In this document: in pieces, positions 1 through 8,382 of the stretch
Layout: the number at the start of each line of letters is the position of its first letter
Numbering within the stretch: position 1 is the first letter of the stretch
Source of the DNA: Thermoproteota archaeon
Lineage (GTDB): Archaea > Thermoproteota > Nitrososphaeria_A > Caldarchaeales > Calditenuaceae
DNA: 64,000 nt
Direction of reading: 5' to 3'
Assembly: GCA_030550155.1 (NCBI GenBank)
Contig: JAUQPZ010000004.1
Coordinates: forward strand, 1,298 to 65,297
The notes under the pieces: generated by a model
What the model saw: the letters and a program-made list of their open reading frames with translations, nothing else
What the model was told of the DNA's origin: nothing
The model's database searches: none
Program-made: the position numbers and the translations under genes

Positions 1-75
1 AAGGTTTATCACGCTGGTGGTCTTGCCGACGCCGCCCTTCTGGTTGGCTACAGATATCACCCACGTCACCCACAT
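1..75 (-). CDS. ParA/MinD/Soj-family P-loop ATPase, N-terminal fragment (continues beyond window start)
   Basis: Reverse-complement of 1..75 translates MWVTWVISVANQKGGVGKTTSVINL. This is the deviant Walker A KGGVGKTT of ParA/MinD. The ATG at 73..75 overlaps the TGA stop of the upstream RHH gene (TGATG coupling). Confidence 0.75.
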   Translation of the reverse strand, partial: MWVTWVISVANQKGGVGKTTSVINL

Positions 76-395
76 CACCCCTGTGCTCCACGGCCTACGC
101 GGGCGACAAGTTCCCTAATTCCTATCTTGACGGACATGCGTAGAACCTTCGAATAAAGCCCCTTGGAGTCGCCGATAGGCCCCTGCATCTCGGCCAGCCG
201 CGCGACAAGCCCCTCCAACAGCTCATAGTCCTCCCTATCCATGTAGAAATGAACCTTCCTACGCCTCTGACCCTCTAGGCGCCGAGCCCCCACACCAGCA
301 ACGGCCGGCTGCTCGACACCAAACAACTCCTCGAGGCTAGGAAGCACTTTATCGAGATAGTCCGAGGGAATTCTCCTCCCTTCCTGCTCAGGCAT
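75..395 (-). CDS. Ribbon-helix-helix (CopG/ParG-like) DNA-binding protein, 106 aa
   Basis: The central segment RRRKVHFYMDREDYELLEGLVARLAEMQ fits an RHH beta-strand plus two-helix pattern. It sits immediately upstream of ParA and is translationally coupled to it. Confidence 0.5.
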   Translation of the reverse strand: MPEQEGRRIPSDYLDKVLPSLEELFGVEQPAVAGVGARRLEGQRRRKVHFYMDREDYELLEGLVARLAEMQGPIGDSKGLYSKVLRMSVKIGIRELVARVGRGAQG

Positions 396-419
396 CAGTC
401 GTCGCCCACGGCACCCATG

Positions 420-426
420 TTTTATA
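420..426 (-). promoter_or_regulatory. Candidate TATA box (TATAAAA on minus strand) ~25 nt upstream of the RHH gene start
   Basis: Plus-strand ttttata at 420..426. The spacing implies a near-leaderless transcript. Confidence 0.35.
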
Positions 427-563
427 GGTTACCCACGTCGCACATGGGCGACGTGCCTCGGTAATACCCTGTCCGGCAGCTGATCTTGGGGTTGAATAAC
501 CTATCGCTGAGTTTTGAAGTAGTTCAGCCTGAGTTGCCGCGGAGCCGACTACTGGTTTTGCCT

Positions 564-575
564 GCTTTTTTAAGC
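564..575. promoter_or_regulatory. Perfect 12-bp palindrome GCTTTTTTAAGC (copy 1) in the divergent intergenic region
   Basis: Read directly from the sequence. An identical copy lies 48 bp away. The site sits between the RHH-ParA module and the archaellum operon. It is a candidate operator or partition site. Confidence 0.45.
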
Positions 576-611
576 AGCTAGACAGTTGGTCTTTTTCTCC
601 GCGATTTTTCG

Positions 612-623
612 GCTTTTTTAAGC
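612..623. promoter_or_regulatory. Perfect 12-bp palindrome GCTTTTTTAAGC (copy 2)
   Basis: Identical to copy 1, read directly from the sequence. Confidence 0.45.
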
Positions 624-628
624 AAATA

Positions 629-636
629 TTTAAATA
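629..636 (+). promoter_or_regulatory. Candidate TATA box TTTAAATA for the archaellum operon
   Basis: Matches the archaeal TTTAWATA consensus. It lies 78 nt upstream of the ATG at 714. Confidence 0.35.
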
Positions 637-713
637 CAACTTACTATCTATATTTCATATGAAAATCATGATAATCTATACTTACAGGCCCCGCATATGG
701 CGGGTGGTGATTC

Positions 714-1385
714 ATGGCTGGGACAGGTCTTAGCGTCAAGGCGTCGGAGAAGAAGAAAAGCTCGCCCGAGGACCTGCTCAGGCAGATCGAGGGGCTTCGG
801 GAGCCGATAGAGAAGACTCTGATGGATATCCGCGAAATGATCAGCGCCCTTGACAACCCCTTGATCGGCGTTATGGATGAGCCGGGGCCTCCGCCTTCCA
901 GGGGCTCTGTCTCTGGTGGTGGCCAGGGGTTGAATGGGGTTGGCGCCGGTGGGAGAGAGGGGGGAGGGCTGGCCCCTAGCAGAGCTGGCGGCGTTACGGA
1001 GGGCGGCGTGCAACCTCCTTCTGTCCCTCAGATCACTCTTTCACGCAGCTCCGATGTTTCGCGGTTTAACGCCACGGCCCTCGCGTCACTAGCCGTCTGG
1101 CTTCTGGGGAGGGCGACCTTTGAGAGGCTTGTGAACTCTCTCGCCCTACACTCTCCCGAGAACATCTATTTCACGTCGCTTCTCAGGGAGGCGGCGGACT
1201 TCGTCTCTGCGACTCTCAGGGAGGAGCATGCGCACGCCACGCGGCTGGCCGCCAGCCACGAGTCATATCTTCTCTGCGTAATGCTCCTTGAGCTCTACAT
1301 CTCGAATCCCTCTCAGCCCTCGATAGGCATGGTCGCCTCCTTGATTCAGAGGCTCATCTCGGGGAACGGGGTGAGGGGGGTATGA
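714..1385 (+). CDS. Hypothetical protein, first gene of the archaellum operon (possible archaellum accessory protein)
   Basis: 223-aa ORF with N-terminal helical segment, a Gly-rich linker and a C-terminal ~110-aa domain. No N-terminal TM. Its stop overlaps the next gene (ATGA). Confidence 0.35.
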   Translation: MAGTGLSVKASEKKKSSPEDLLRQIEGLREPIEKTLMDIREMISALDNPLIGVMDEPGPPPSRGSVSGGGQGLNGVGAGGREGGGLAPSRAGGVTEGGVQPPSVPQITLSRSSDVSRFNATALASLAVWLLGRATFERLVNSLALHSPENIYFTSLLREAADFVSATLREEHAHATRLAASHESYLLCVMLLELYISNPSQPSIGMVASLIQRLISGNGVRGV

Positions 1386-1891
1386 ACCCCGCAGGGATCG
1401 TGGGCGAGGCCTACCTGCTGATCATCTCGATGCTGGTGCTCGCGGGGTTCTCCACTCTCTATCACAGCAGCTACTCCGCGATCGGTGAGGCTGTGAGGCT
1501 CGAGGCCGCGGAGCTTAAGGAGAGGATTGAGAAGAGGCTCATCATAGCCGCGGTCTACTACGATGCGGGGCAGGGCCTGCTTGAGGTTTATGTGAAGAAT
1601 GTGGGGCGCGGCGCGGTAACCGCGGGCGAGCTCAAGGCCTCATCCTTCTACCTCATCTCACAAAGCTATTTCCAGCACTTCACCTACTCCGGCTCCGGCT
1701 CAGCGGAGACGTGGAGCTACGAGCTCGTGATGGACAGCCTAGGCGACGGCGTGATGGGTAGGGGCGACACCGTTAAGGCTGTTCTCAGACCTTCGGGCGG
1801 GTTGGCGTCCGGGACCTATCTCGTAAGGCTTGTGCTTCCTAATGGGCGGGTCTCGGAGGAGGTCTTCTCCGTCGGCGGGGTGAGGGGTTAG
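1382..1891 (+). CDS. Archaellum protein of the ArlF/ArlG (FlaF/FlaG) family
   Basis: N-terminal hydrophobic helix (AYLLIISMLVLAGFSTLY) followed by a ~140-aa beta-rich domain. Operon position lies between the accessory gene and arlH. Confidence 0.5.
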   Translation: MNPAGIVGEAYLLIISMLVLAGFSTLYHSSYSAIGEAVRLEAAELKERIEKRLIIAAVYYDAGQGLLEVYVKNVGRGAVTAGELKASSFYLISQSYFQHFTYSGSGSAETWSYELVMDSLGDGVMGRGDTVKAVLRPSGGLASGTYLVRLVLPNGRVSEEVFSVGGVRG

Positions 1892-1892
1892 G

Positions 1893-2408
1893 ATGGGTGT
1901 GAGCTCAACCATCACCACGTCCTTCGCCCTCATGCTCTTGATAGGCGTGATGGCCAACATCCTGACACTCTCCTCCGATGTCAGATACAGCATGGTGGAG
2001 CTGGCAGACTGGCTTAACGGCTACGGATGCCTCCGCCGCTCCGCATACCTCGTAATAACCTCTATAAACGGCTCAAGAGTCACCGCGAGCCTGCTAATTG
2101 ACGGAGATTGCGGCCTCACACTCCGCGACCTAGCCTCTTCCGAGATCTACGCTTATTACCGTCTGGTTCAGGGTGGCGGAGGGTTCAGCAGGCTGAGGCC
2201 GGGGCAGGAGTGGCGCGTCTCCGAGGTCAGGGGCCCTGCCGGTGTGGAGCTGCTCAACCCCTCCAGCCCAGCTCTCTGGGAGGGCGTTCTCGACCCGGGC
2301 GAGGAGGCGAGGATGGAGTTGAGCCTGCCCAGCGATTTTGACCCGAGCTACGGCGTGGTCCTGGTCCTGGTTACGCCTGGAGGCGACAGGGTGGTGGGCG
2401 CGGGTTGA
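1893..2408 (+). CDS. Archaellum protein of the ArlF/ArlG (FlaF/FlaG) family, second paralogue
   Basis: N-terminal TM (FALMLLIGVMANILTL) plus a flagellin-like domain. It overlaps arlH start/stop. Confidence 0.5.
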   Translation: MGVSSTITTSFALMLLIGVMANILTLSSDVRYSMVELADWLNGYGCLRRSAYLVITSINGSRVTASLLIDGDCGLTLRDLASSEIYAYYRLVQGGGGFSRLRPGQEWRVSEVRGPAGVELLNPSSPALWEGVLDPGEEARMELSLPSDFDPSYGVVLVLVTPGGDRVVGAG

Positions 2409-3124
2409 GCGCCGGGAGAGAGCAGGTTGTTCTGAAGCTCCAGAACGAGGAGCTGGACAGGAGGATAGGTGGCATATCCCTGCCCGCCCTGATAGTGATT
2501 GAGGGGCCTAACGACTCGGGGAAGAGCGTCCTCTCCTACCAGCTGATGCACGGAGCCCTCTCGCAGGGGCTCAGGGTCTGCCTGATATCCTCCGAGGGGG
2601 GCGGCAAGACCGTCATCAAGAACATGGAGAGCCTCAACTTCTCCGCGATCCAGCACTTCCTCACGGGCAGACTCCACGTGATCTCCTTCTACGTGAAGGA
2701 CGCCAAGTGGAGACCCGAGTATTCGCGCCTCATAATGGACAGGCTTCTCACCTACATCAACCTGAAGTCGAGCAAGTTTGACCTCTTCGTCATCGACTCT
2801 CTCACAGTCTTCGTGACGGGCGGCGACCAGGAGGACGTCCTCACATTCCTCTCGAGGCTCCGGATGATAAGCGAGAAGAGCGAGGTCAGCATGATCTTCA
2901 CAGTCCACCCCTACGCCCTCACTCAGGAGACGCTGGTCAGGATCAGGTCTCTGGCCGACGCCCACTTCCTCCTCTCAATCAAGGAGGTGGGTGACAAGAT
3001 ATTCAAGACGATGCAGGTGTTGAAGGTGCGCGGGGCCTCCAAGTCATCGAGCCAGACGATAAGCTTTGACGTCGACCCGGTCTTCGGCATCAAGATTCTG
3101 CCCTACACGCAGGTGAAGGTCTAA
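2405..3124 (+). CDS. arlH: Archaellum ATP-binding protein ArlH/FlaH (RecA/KaiC-like)
   Basis: Walker A IEGPNDSGKS in a ~240-aa RecA-fold protein. It lies immediately upstream of the ArlI ATPase. Confidence 0.75.
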   Translation: MSAGREQVVLKLQNEELDRRIGGISLPALIVIEGPNDSGKSVLSYQLMHGALSQGLRVCLISSEGGGKTVIKNMESLNFSAIQHFLTGRLHVISFYVKDAKWRPEYSRLIMDRLLTYINLKSSKFDLFVIDSLTVFVTGGDQEDVLTFLSRLRMISEKSEVSMIFTVHPYALTQETLVRIRSLADAHFLLSIKEVGDKIFKTMQVLKVRGASKSSSQTISFDVDPVFGIKILPYTQVKV

Positions 3125-3126
3125 AG

Positions 3127-5934
3127 ATGTCGGGCGGGCTCGGAGACTTCGGCTCTCTCGAGGAGGCGCTGAGCAGGAACCCCCACTTGGCCGAGTATCT
3201 CGACGCCCTGGAGGGAGAGCCTCCCATATACGCGGTTCAGCTCACGCGGGAGATGCGCTACATGTCGCCCGTCAACATACTCTACCCGATAGGCGACCCC
3301 TACTTCATCCACATCTACTCCGACCCCGCAGGGGTCTGGAACAACTACAGGGCCGTGATGCCCGAGGTCCCGCCAGGGGCTTGGAGCAGCCTCAAAGCGG
3401 TGGAGGAGGCCCTGGCTGTCCGGCTCGCCGAGGAGGAGCCGCCCGAAAACCCTGAGGAGAAGGCGGAGCTATTGTCTAGGCTACTGGAGGAGGTGATTGC
3501 TGAGGATTCCTCGCTGGGGCCCGCCGAGTTTAGGGAGATTAGGCGGCGGGGCGCGGTTGAGGGGATTATTGCGGGGCCGGGGCTGGCCAGGGCTATCCGC
3601 TACGCCCTGGTCTCGGAGAAGGTGGGGCTTGGCGTGCTTGAGCCGCTCATCAGGGACCCCTACATCGAGGACATCAGCTGCAACGGCGTCGGCGCGGTAT
3701 ATGTCGTCCACAAGGTCTTCGGCCCCTGCAGAACAAACATCGTCTTCGATGACGAGAAGAGCCTCGACCAGTTCGTCTACAGGCTCTCACTCAGGGCGGG
3801 CCGCCCCGTGAGCATCCGGAGCCCAATAACCGACGCCGTCCTCCCCGACGGCTCCAGAGTCAACATCGTCTATGGGAGAGACATCAGCAGAAGGGGCACC
3901 AACTTCACTATCAGGAAGTTCACGGAGAACCCCATCAGCATCACCCAGCTGATTAGGTGGAATATGGTGAGCGCGAAGTGCGCGGCCTATCTCTGGCTCC
4001 TCCTTGAGCACAACCTCAACGTCTGGTTCGTCGGCGAGACCGCCTCGGGGAAGACCACGCTGCTCAGAGCGGCCTCGGTGTTCATCGACCCCTCCGCCAA
4101 GATCATCTCCATCGAGGATGTCCCCGAGATCGTGGTTCCTCATGAGAACTGGGTCAGCGAGGTGACGCGGCAGGCTCAGGAGGCAGGCGAGGGTGTGGAG
4201 CTCTTTGACCTTCTGAGGGCCGCCCTGAGGCAGAGGCCCAACTACATTCTCGTCGGTGAGATAAGGGGTAAGGAGGCGGCGATAGCCTTCCAAGCGATGC
4301 AGTGCGTCGCCGAGGCTTATGTAGCCCATCCAGGCGGAGTGGTCAGCGCCTCCAGCCTCTACAGCTCTGCCGCAGCCTCGGCTACGCCGTCCAGCGACGG
4401 GCTAGTCCATCTCAGCACTCCACTCCAGGTCTACGCAACCGCCCCAGGAGAGGGTGTGAGGCTGGCCAGGTGCATCGGCGTCACGAAGAAGTGGGCCTAC
4501 TCCACGGTCAGGGTCGAGACGGGGGACGGGCTCTCGCTGGTCGTCACCCCCAACCACAGGTTCATAACGCTGGTCGGCGACTCGGAGGCGGAGCTCTCGG
4601 CCGCGGAGCTTCTCGAGCTCTGGCGGATGGGGAAGAGGTCGATCACGCTGGCTAGGAGGCCTCCGCCGACGGGCTGCTCCTCCCTAAACATCTACTCGGA
4701 GACCATGACCTTCACACTTGGAGGCGACGCGTGGTGGGCCCTGGGGAGGCTGGCGGGCGGAGACTTCGTCGCTTCCTCGCCGAGGGGGTATGAGTGGGTG
4801 ACCTGGAGCAGGGGCGCGGGGCTGGAGAAGCTGAGGGGCGCGCTCAGGTGCCTCGGCTGGAAGGGCGACGAGAGGCGCGAGAGAGTGATGGGCAACGCCG
4901 TCACAGTCCTCGAGGGCGTCGACCCGCGGCTTATACACTGGGCCCTGACGCAGGGCCACCTTTACACCCGCGGACAGGCACTCACAGGGACAGACAGGGC
5001 TGTCAACCCAATCTACAGGCCACACTTCATCAGCGGAGCCGTCGCGGCGATGAGGGACGCTCAGCGAGTCCTAGGCGAAGACTCGGCTCAGGCCAACGGA
5101 GTTGTCGCGCGCGCCGGCAGAAGGCTGAGGCCTCCTGAGGAGCTGGACCCCGAGCTTGAGTGGGAGCCGCCGCCCCTCAGAGTCACGCTAAACTATGCGA
5201 AGACCGACGTCTGGTCAGCATCCAGGGCTGGCTGCCTCCTCTGGGTCCAAGGCTGCAGCGCCGCAGTCCACAAGGCTCTGGGCTCAGCCTACATATACCA
5301 CTATCCCTCGGCGGGCGCCTGGGTAACCAACGTTGAGCCGGCGGGAGGCTCAGAGGTCTACGATCTAGTCCTCGAGGGCGGAGGCTACTATGTCGGTGGC
5401 CTCGGGCCTGCACACCCCATAATGGATACTGGACACGGCGTCATCTCGACTTTCCACGCGGGGAGCGTCCAGAAGCTGGTCCAGAGGCTTACGGGCGACC
5501 CCATCAGCATCCCCCGCACATTCGTCGACAACCTCAACTGCATCGTAATCCTCAGCGCCGTAAGGCACCCTGTCACAGGCAAGCTCGAGAGGAGGGTTCT
5601 CAGCGTCAACGAGCTCCTCGGCCTCGACCCCGAGACCAGCGGCGTCAACTACGTCGAAGTCTTCGCCTGGAACCCTGTAGACGACACCTTCGAATTCCGC
5701 GGCGAGGGGACAAGCTATCTGCTCGAGGAGAAGATCGCGAAGATGAGGGGGATTCCGAGGAACAGGCTGAGGGAGGTTTACGCGGAGCTCAACAGGCGGG
5801 CGATGTTTCTCCAGCGGCTCGCCGACGCAGGGGTCCTGGACTACTCGCAGATCTACAGGGCTGTGGCGGCTGCCTATAACCTCGGCCTCGAGGAGGCTGA
5901 GAAGGTTGCTATCGAGGGTGCTCAGGAGGAGTAG
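3127..5934 (+). CDS. arlI: Archaellum motor ATPase ArlI/FlaI (secretion-ATPase superfamily) interrupted by an intein
   Basis: Walker A VGETASGKTT, and the conserved GEIRGKEAAIAFQAMQ...TGHGVISTFHAGS is split by ~375 extra residues. Total length is 935 aa, against ~540 aa for typical FlaI. Confidence 0.85.
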   Translation: MSGGLGDFGSLEEALSRNPHLAEYLDALEGEPPIYAVQLTREMRYMSPVNILYPIGDPYFIHIYSDPAGVWNNYRAVMPEVPPGAWSSLKAVEEALAVRLAEEEPPENPEEKAELLSRLLEEVIAEDSSLGPAEFREIRRRGAVEGIIAGPGLARAIRYALVSEKVGLGVLEPLIRDPYIEDISCNGVGAVYVVHKVFGPCRTNIVFDDEKSLDQFVYRLSLRAGRPVSIRSPITDAVLPDGSRVNIVYGRDISRRGTNFTIRKFTENPISITQLIRWNMVSAKCAAYLWLLLEHNLNVWFVGETASGKTTLLRAASVFIDPSAKIISIEDVPEIVVPHENWVSEVTRQAQEAGEGVELFDLLRAALRQRPNYILVGEIRGKEAAIAFQAMQCVAEAYVAHPGGVVSASSLYSSAAASATPSSDGLVHLSTPLQVYATAPGEGVRLARCIGVTKKWAYSTVRVETGDGLSLVVTPNHRFITLVGDSEAELSAAELLELWRMGKRSITLARRPPPTGCSSLNIYSETMTFTLGGDAWWALGRLAGGDFVASSPRGYEWVTWSRGAGLEKLRGALRCLGWKGDERRERVMGNAVTVLEGVDPRLIHWALTQGHLYTRGQALTGTDRAVNPIYRPHFISGAVAAMRDAQRVLGEDSAQANGVVARAGRRLRPPEELDPELEWEPPPLRVTLNYAKTDVWSASRAGCLLWVQGCSAAVHKALGSAYIYHYPSAGAWVTNVEPAGGSEVYDLVLEGGGYYVGGLGPAHPIMDTGHGVISTFHAGSVQKLVQRLTGDPISIPRTFVDNLNCIVILSAVRHPVTGKLERRVLSVNELLGLDPETSGVNYVEVFAWNPVDDTFEFRGEGTSYLLEEKIAKMRGIPRNRLREVYAELNRRAMFLQRLADAGVLDYSQIYRAVAAAYNLGLEEAEKVAIEGAQEE
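4303..5427 (+). mobile_element. Intein (Hint domain plus degenerate LAGLIDADG homing-endonuclease region) inside arlI, ~375 aa
   Basis: Begins with Cys right after AFQAMQ. Block B TPNHRF lies at intein residues 82-87, and block F/G-like VYDLVLEGGGYYVGG is near the C-terminus. A WALGRLAGGDF LAGLIDADG-like motif is present. It ends ...AHPIMD followed by extein +1 Thr (TGHG), an atypical C-terminal Asp. Confidence 0.75.
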
Positions 5935-7396
5935 GGGGCCGCGGGAGGAGGGGCTGGGGAGGGAGGCCGCGCTCCTATACCTCTCCGCCCTGGCCTCCAC
6001 GATCTCGGACGACAACACTTTCCTATCTGCCGTCGATGAGACTGAGGGCCCGCTCTCGGGCAGGCTCCTAGTCCTGAGGAAGGCTGTGAGGCTTGTCAGG
6101 GGTTGGGGCTACCCCGTCTCGTCTGCGCTCTCGGCCGCGGCCAAGACGGCTCCGCGCGGGGAGTTGAGGGAGCTGGCGGAGAAGATGTCTAAGGCGGTTA
6201 ACATCGGGATGAGAGTCCCCGGCCTCGTCTCGACCGAGTATGAGAAGATGCGGGAGCATAGCCAGATAAACTTTGAGAGGGCTATGGAGAGGGTGAAGAC
6301 GATGGGGGATGTCTTCTCCACAATCCTGAGCTCCAGCAGCTTCCTTCTCATCTCCTTCATGATTGCCTCGATAATCTTCAGCGGCATAGACCCTCAAACG
6401 ATCCTCGCCCTGGTGCTGGGAGGCGTGGCGGCGGGGCTCGGCGGAATAGTCTACTACATCTACAGGGTTAGCGGGGTCGGAGGCCTCCTCAACCCCTCAC
6501 CCTACAGGCCCCTCACGGTACACCTCGCCTCCAGGGCCGCGCCCATCAGCCTCCTCGCGACGCTCGCGGCTGTGCTGGTCTCCGCAGCCCTCCTACCCAT
6601 AGAGGCGGCCAGAGTCAGCCTCGCAGCCTTCTCAGCCGCGCTGCTGGGAGCCTACGCCCTACCAGCCATCCGGGTCCGGAAAGTGCCCTCCGTGGATGAG
6701 CAGCTCCCCTTCTTCATGAAGAGTATGGCGGAGACGCTTAGCTCTGTCCAGATACCTGAGAAGGTTGTGGAGATCTTGAAGCTCAATGACTATGGCGCCC
6801 TCAAGAGGCATCTTGACAGGCTCTATCTCCGCGTCAAGAGCGGGGTCGACTTTTACCTCTCCCTCAGAGTCGTGGCAGGCGAGACGTGTAGCAACCTCTT
6901 CTACGAGGCCGTGGAGGTCTTCGTTGAGGCTTTGAAGAGAGGAGTCCCGTCCGGGTCGATGGGTAAGAAGCTCTACGACTACTTGGCTGACAGGATAGCG
7001 ATGAGGAGGCGGAGGGCTCAGGTCTCCTCCTATCTGAGGGGTATTCTCTTCCCCACGGCCTGCGCGGTCTCGGCGATACTAGGCCTCATGGACTCGCTCT
7101 ACCTGCTGCTCTCGAGCTACAGCGCCCTCGCCTCCACAGTCCTCCCACTGGCACCCACCATTCCCCCTGAATATGTCTCAAGAGCCTCCATGGCCATGGT
7201 GATAATGCACTCCTTCGCGGGGAGCCTCGCCCTACACTTCGCTGAGAAGAGAAGCAGAATACATCTCTGCCTCACGTTCGGCCAGCTACTCCTCGCGTCC
7301 TCGCTGACGTATCTAGCCGTCAGCGCTGGAACCCACACGATACTCGACACCATGACGGGCTACGTCAGGAGCCTCAGGGAGGTGGTGCCGTCTTGA
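5906..7396 (+). CDS. arlJ: Archaellum membrane platform protein ArlJ/FlaJ (GspF/TadC-like)
   Basis: 496-aa polytopic membrane protein immediately after arlI, with a 29-nt overlap. It shows the duplicated cytoplasmic domain/TM organisation typical of FlaJ. Confidence 0.65.
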   Translation: MLSRVLRRSRGPREEGLGREAALLYLSALASTISDDNTFLSAVDETEGPLSGRLLVLRKAVRLVRGWGYPVSSALSAAAKTAPRGELRELAEKMSKAVNIGMRVPGLVSTEYEKMREHSQINFERAMERVKTMGDVFSTILSSSSFLLISFMIASIIFSGIDPQTILALVLGGVAAGLGGIVYYIYRVSGVGGLLNPSPYRPLTVHLASRAAPISLLATLAAVLVSAALLPIEAARVSLAAFSAALLGAYALPAIRVRKVPSVDEQLPFFMKSMAETLSSVQIPEKVVEILKLNDYGALKRHLDRLYLRVKSGVDFYLSLRVVAGETCSNLFYEAVEVFVEALKRGVPSGSMGKKLYDYLADRIAMRRRRAQVSSYLRGILFPTACAVSAILGLMDSLYLLLSSYSALASTVLPLAPTIPPEYVSRASMAMVIMHSFAGSLALHFAEKRSRIHLCLTFGQLLLASSLTYLAVSAGTHTILDTMTGYVRSLREVVPS

Positions 7397-7848
7397 CGCC
7401 TGAGGAGATCGCCTTCGCAGCCATCATGATTCTGACGGCCGTGGCGCTAGCAGGCCTCTGGCTCACGACTATGAGGAGCCAACAGGCACAGGAGACGCAG
7501 CCACCACAGGCCGCAGGCCCCCCAGCTCCTCCACAACCCCAAGCAGCGTTGCAGAAGAGGCTCCAGCAACAGCCGAGCCCTCCGAGGCAGGAGCAGAAAA
7601 CAGCCTCTCGGGCAGCCGCGGTGTCCAAGCCCAGCGGTGAGGCGGGCGGAGGAGGGGGTGGCGGAGCTGAGGCCGCTCGGGGTGGCGGGGACTCGGCCGA
7701 GCCTCCCCATGTGGTCTTGGATGCTGTAGAGGCGGGAGACACCAGCCTTGAGGCTCAGAGGATGCTGGAGGAGACCCTCAGCCTCTATGCCGACCTGCTC
7801 CAGGAGATGGAGAAGCTGAAGAAGAAGCTAGGTGAGAAGCTCTCTTAG
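7393..7848 (+). CDS. Small membrane-anchored coiled-coil protein (possible ArlX-like archaellum component)
   Basis: N-terminal TM (IAFAAIMILTAVALAGLWL), a Pro/Gln-rich spacer, a Gly run, and a C-terminal amphipathic helix (LQEMEKLKKKLGEKL). Its start overlaps the arlJ stop. Confidence 0.4.
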   Translation: MTPEEIAFAAIMILTAVALAGLWLTTMRSQQAQETQPPQAAGPPAPPQPQAALQKRLQQQPSPPRQEQKTASRAAAVSKPSGEAGGGGGGGAEAARGGGDSAEPPHVVLDAVEAGDTSLEAQRMLEETLSLYADLLQEMEKLKKKLGEKLS

Positions 7849-8338
7849 CCTCTCCGCCAGCCTCCAGACCTTGTCTCCCGGGTGGTGAATCGTCTCGGCG
7901 ACCTTGCCGCGGCCTCTGGGCGCCAGGGAGCCGCTGTCCACCAGCGCCCTGCAGATGGCCACAGCCCTCCCATGCCTCTCATCCCTCGCGACCACCAGCC
8001 CGCCGGCACTAAACTCTCCGCGCACACTCACCACGCCTGGCCCCATAACGTCGGCGCCATCCGCGATCCTAGCTACGGCGCCCATATCCACGACGAGGCT
8101 TGGCATAGCAGAGAGGAGCCTGGCGTTTGAGGCCTCGTCCAGCACCGGGAAGAGTAGGCCTCCCTGCTCCGCGACCGTCAGGCCGCCCACCCAGTAAAGC
8201 CTCACATCGCCTTCCTCAAGGACCGCGGCGCTCTCGGCGGCGCCGACTTCTCCGAGGGCAGCAAGCCTCTGGCTTAGACTCCTCGCATCCCTCTTGCTAA
8301 GCCTGTGAAACTTCAAGCCTCGGACTATCCCTCTCTTC
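7828..8338 (-). CDS. PUA-domain RNA-binding protein (~170 aa; GTG start inferred)
   Basis: The C-terminal VVDMGAVARIADGADVMGPGVVSVRGEFSAGGLVVARDERHGRAVAICRAL matches the PUA fold signature. The N-terminal KFHRLSKRDARSL resembles the pre-PUA region. The upstream part of the 261-aa ORF overlaps the PCD gene and was rejected. Confidence 0.55.
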
Positions 8339-8382
8339 ACTCTTTGTTGTTGATGGCTAAGTGATAAAAGTGGCGGCCCCTC

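Noticed and set aside
388-639. 83-aa ORF on the minus strand in the RHH/archaellum intergenic region
   Set aside because: It lies over promoter-like AT-rich sequence and the twin palindromes. It has no motif and no sensible start context, and is probably a chance ORF.
644-1013. Two minus-strand ORFs (70 and 115 aa) antisense to the first archaellum-operon gene
   Set aside because: They are Arg/Pro/Ser-rich, as expected for antisense frames of GC-rich coding DNA. The sense gene has operon context.
2348-2965. 205-aa minus-strand ORF antisense to arlF/arlH
   Set aside because: It is antisense to a well-supported Walker-A-containing gene and is low complexity.
5365-6018. 217-aa minus-strand ORF across the intein/ArlI C-terminus
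   Set aside because: It is antisense to the ArlI extein, which carries conserved motifs. It is a high-GC shadow ORF.
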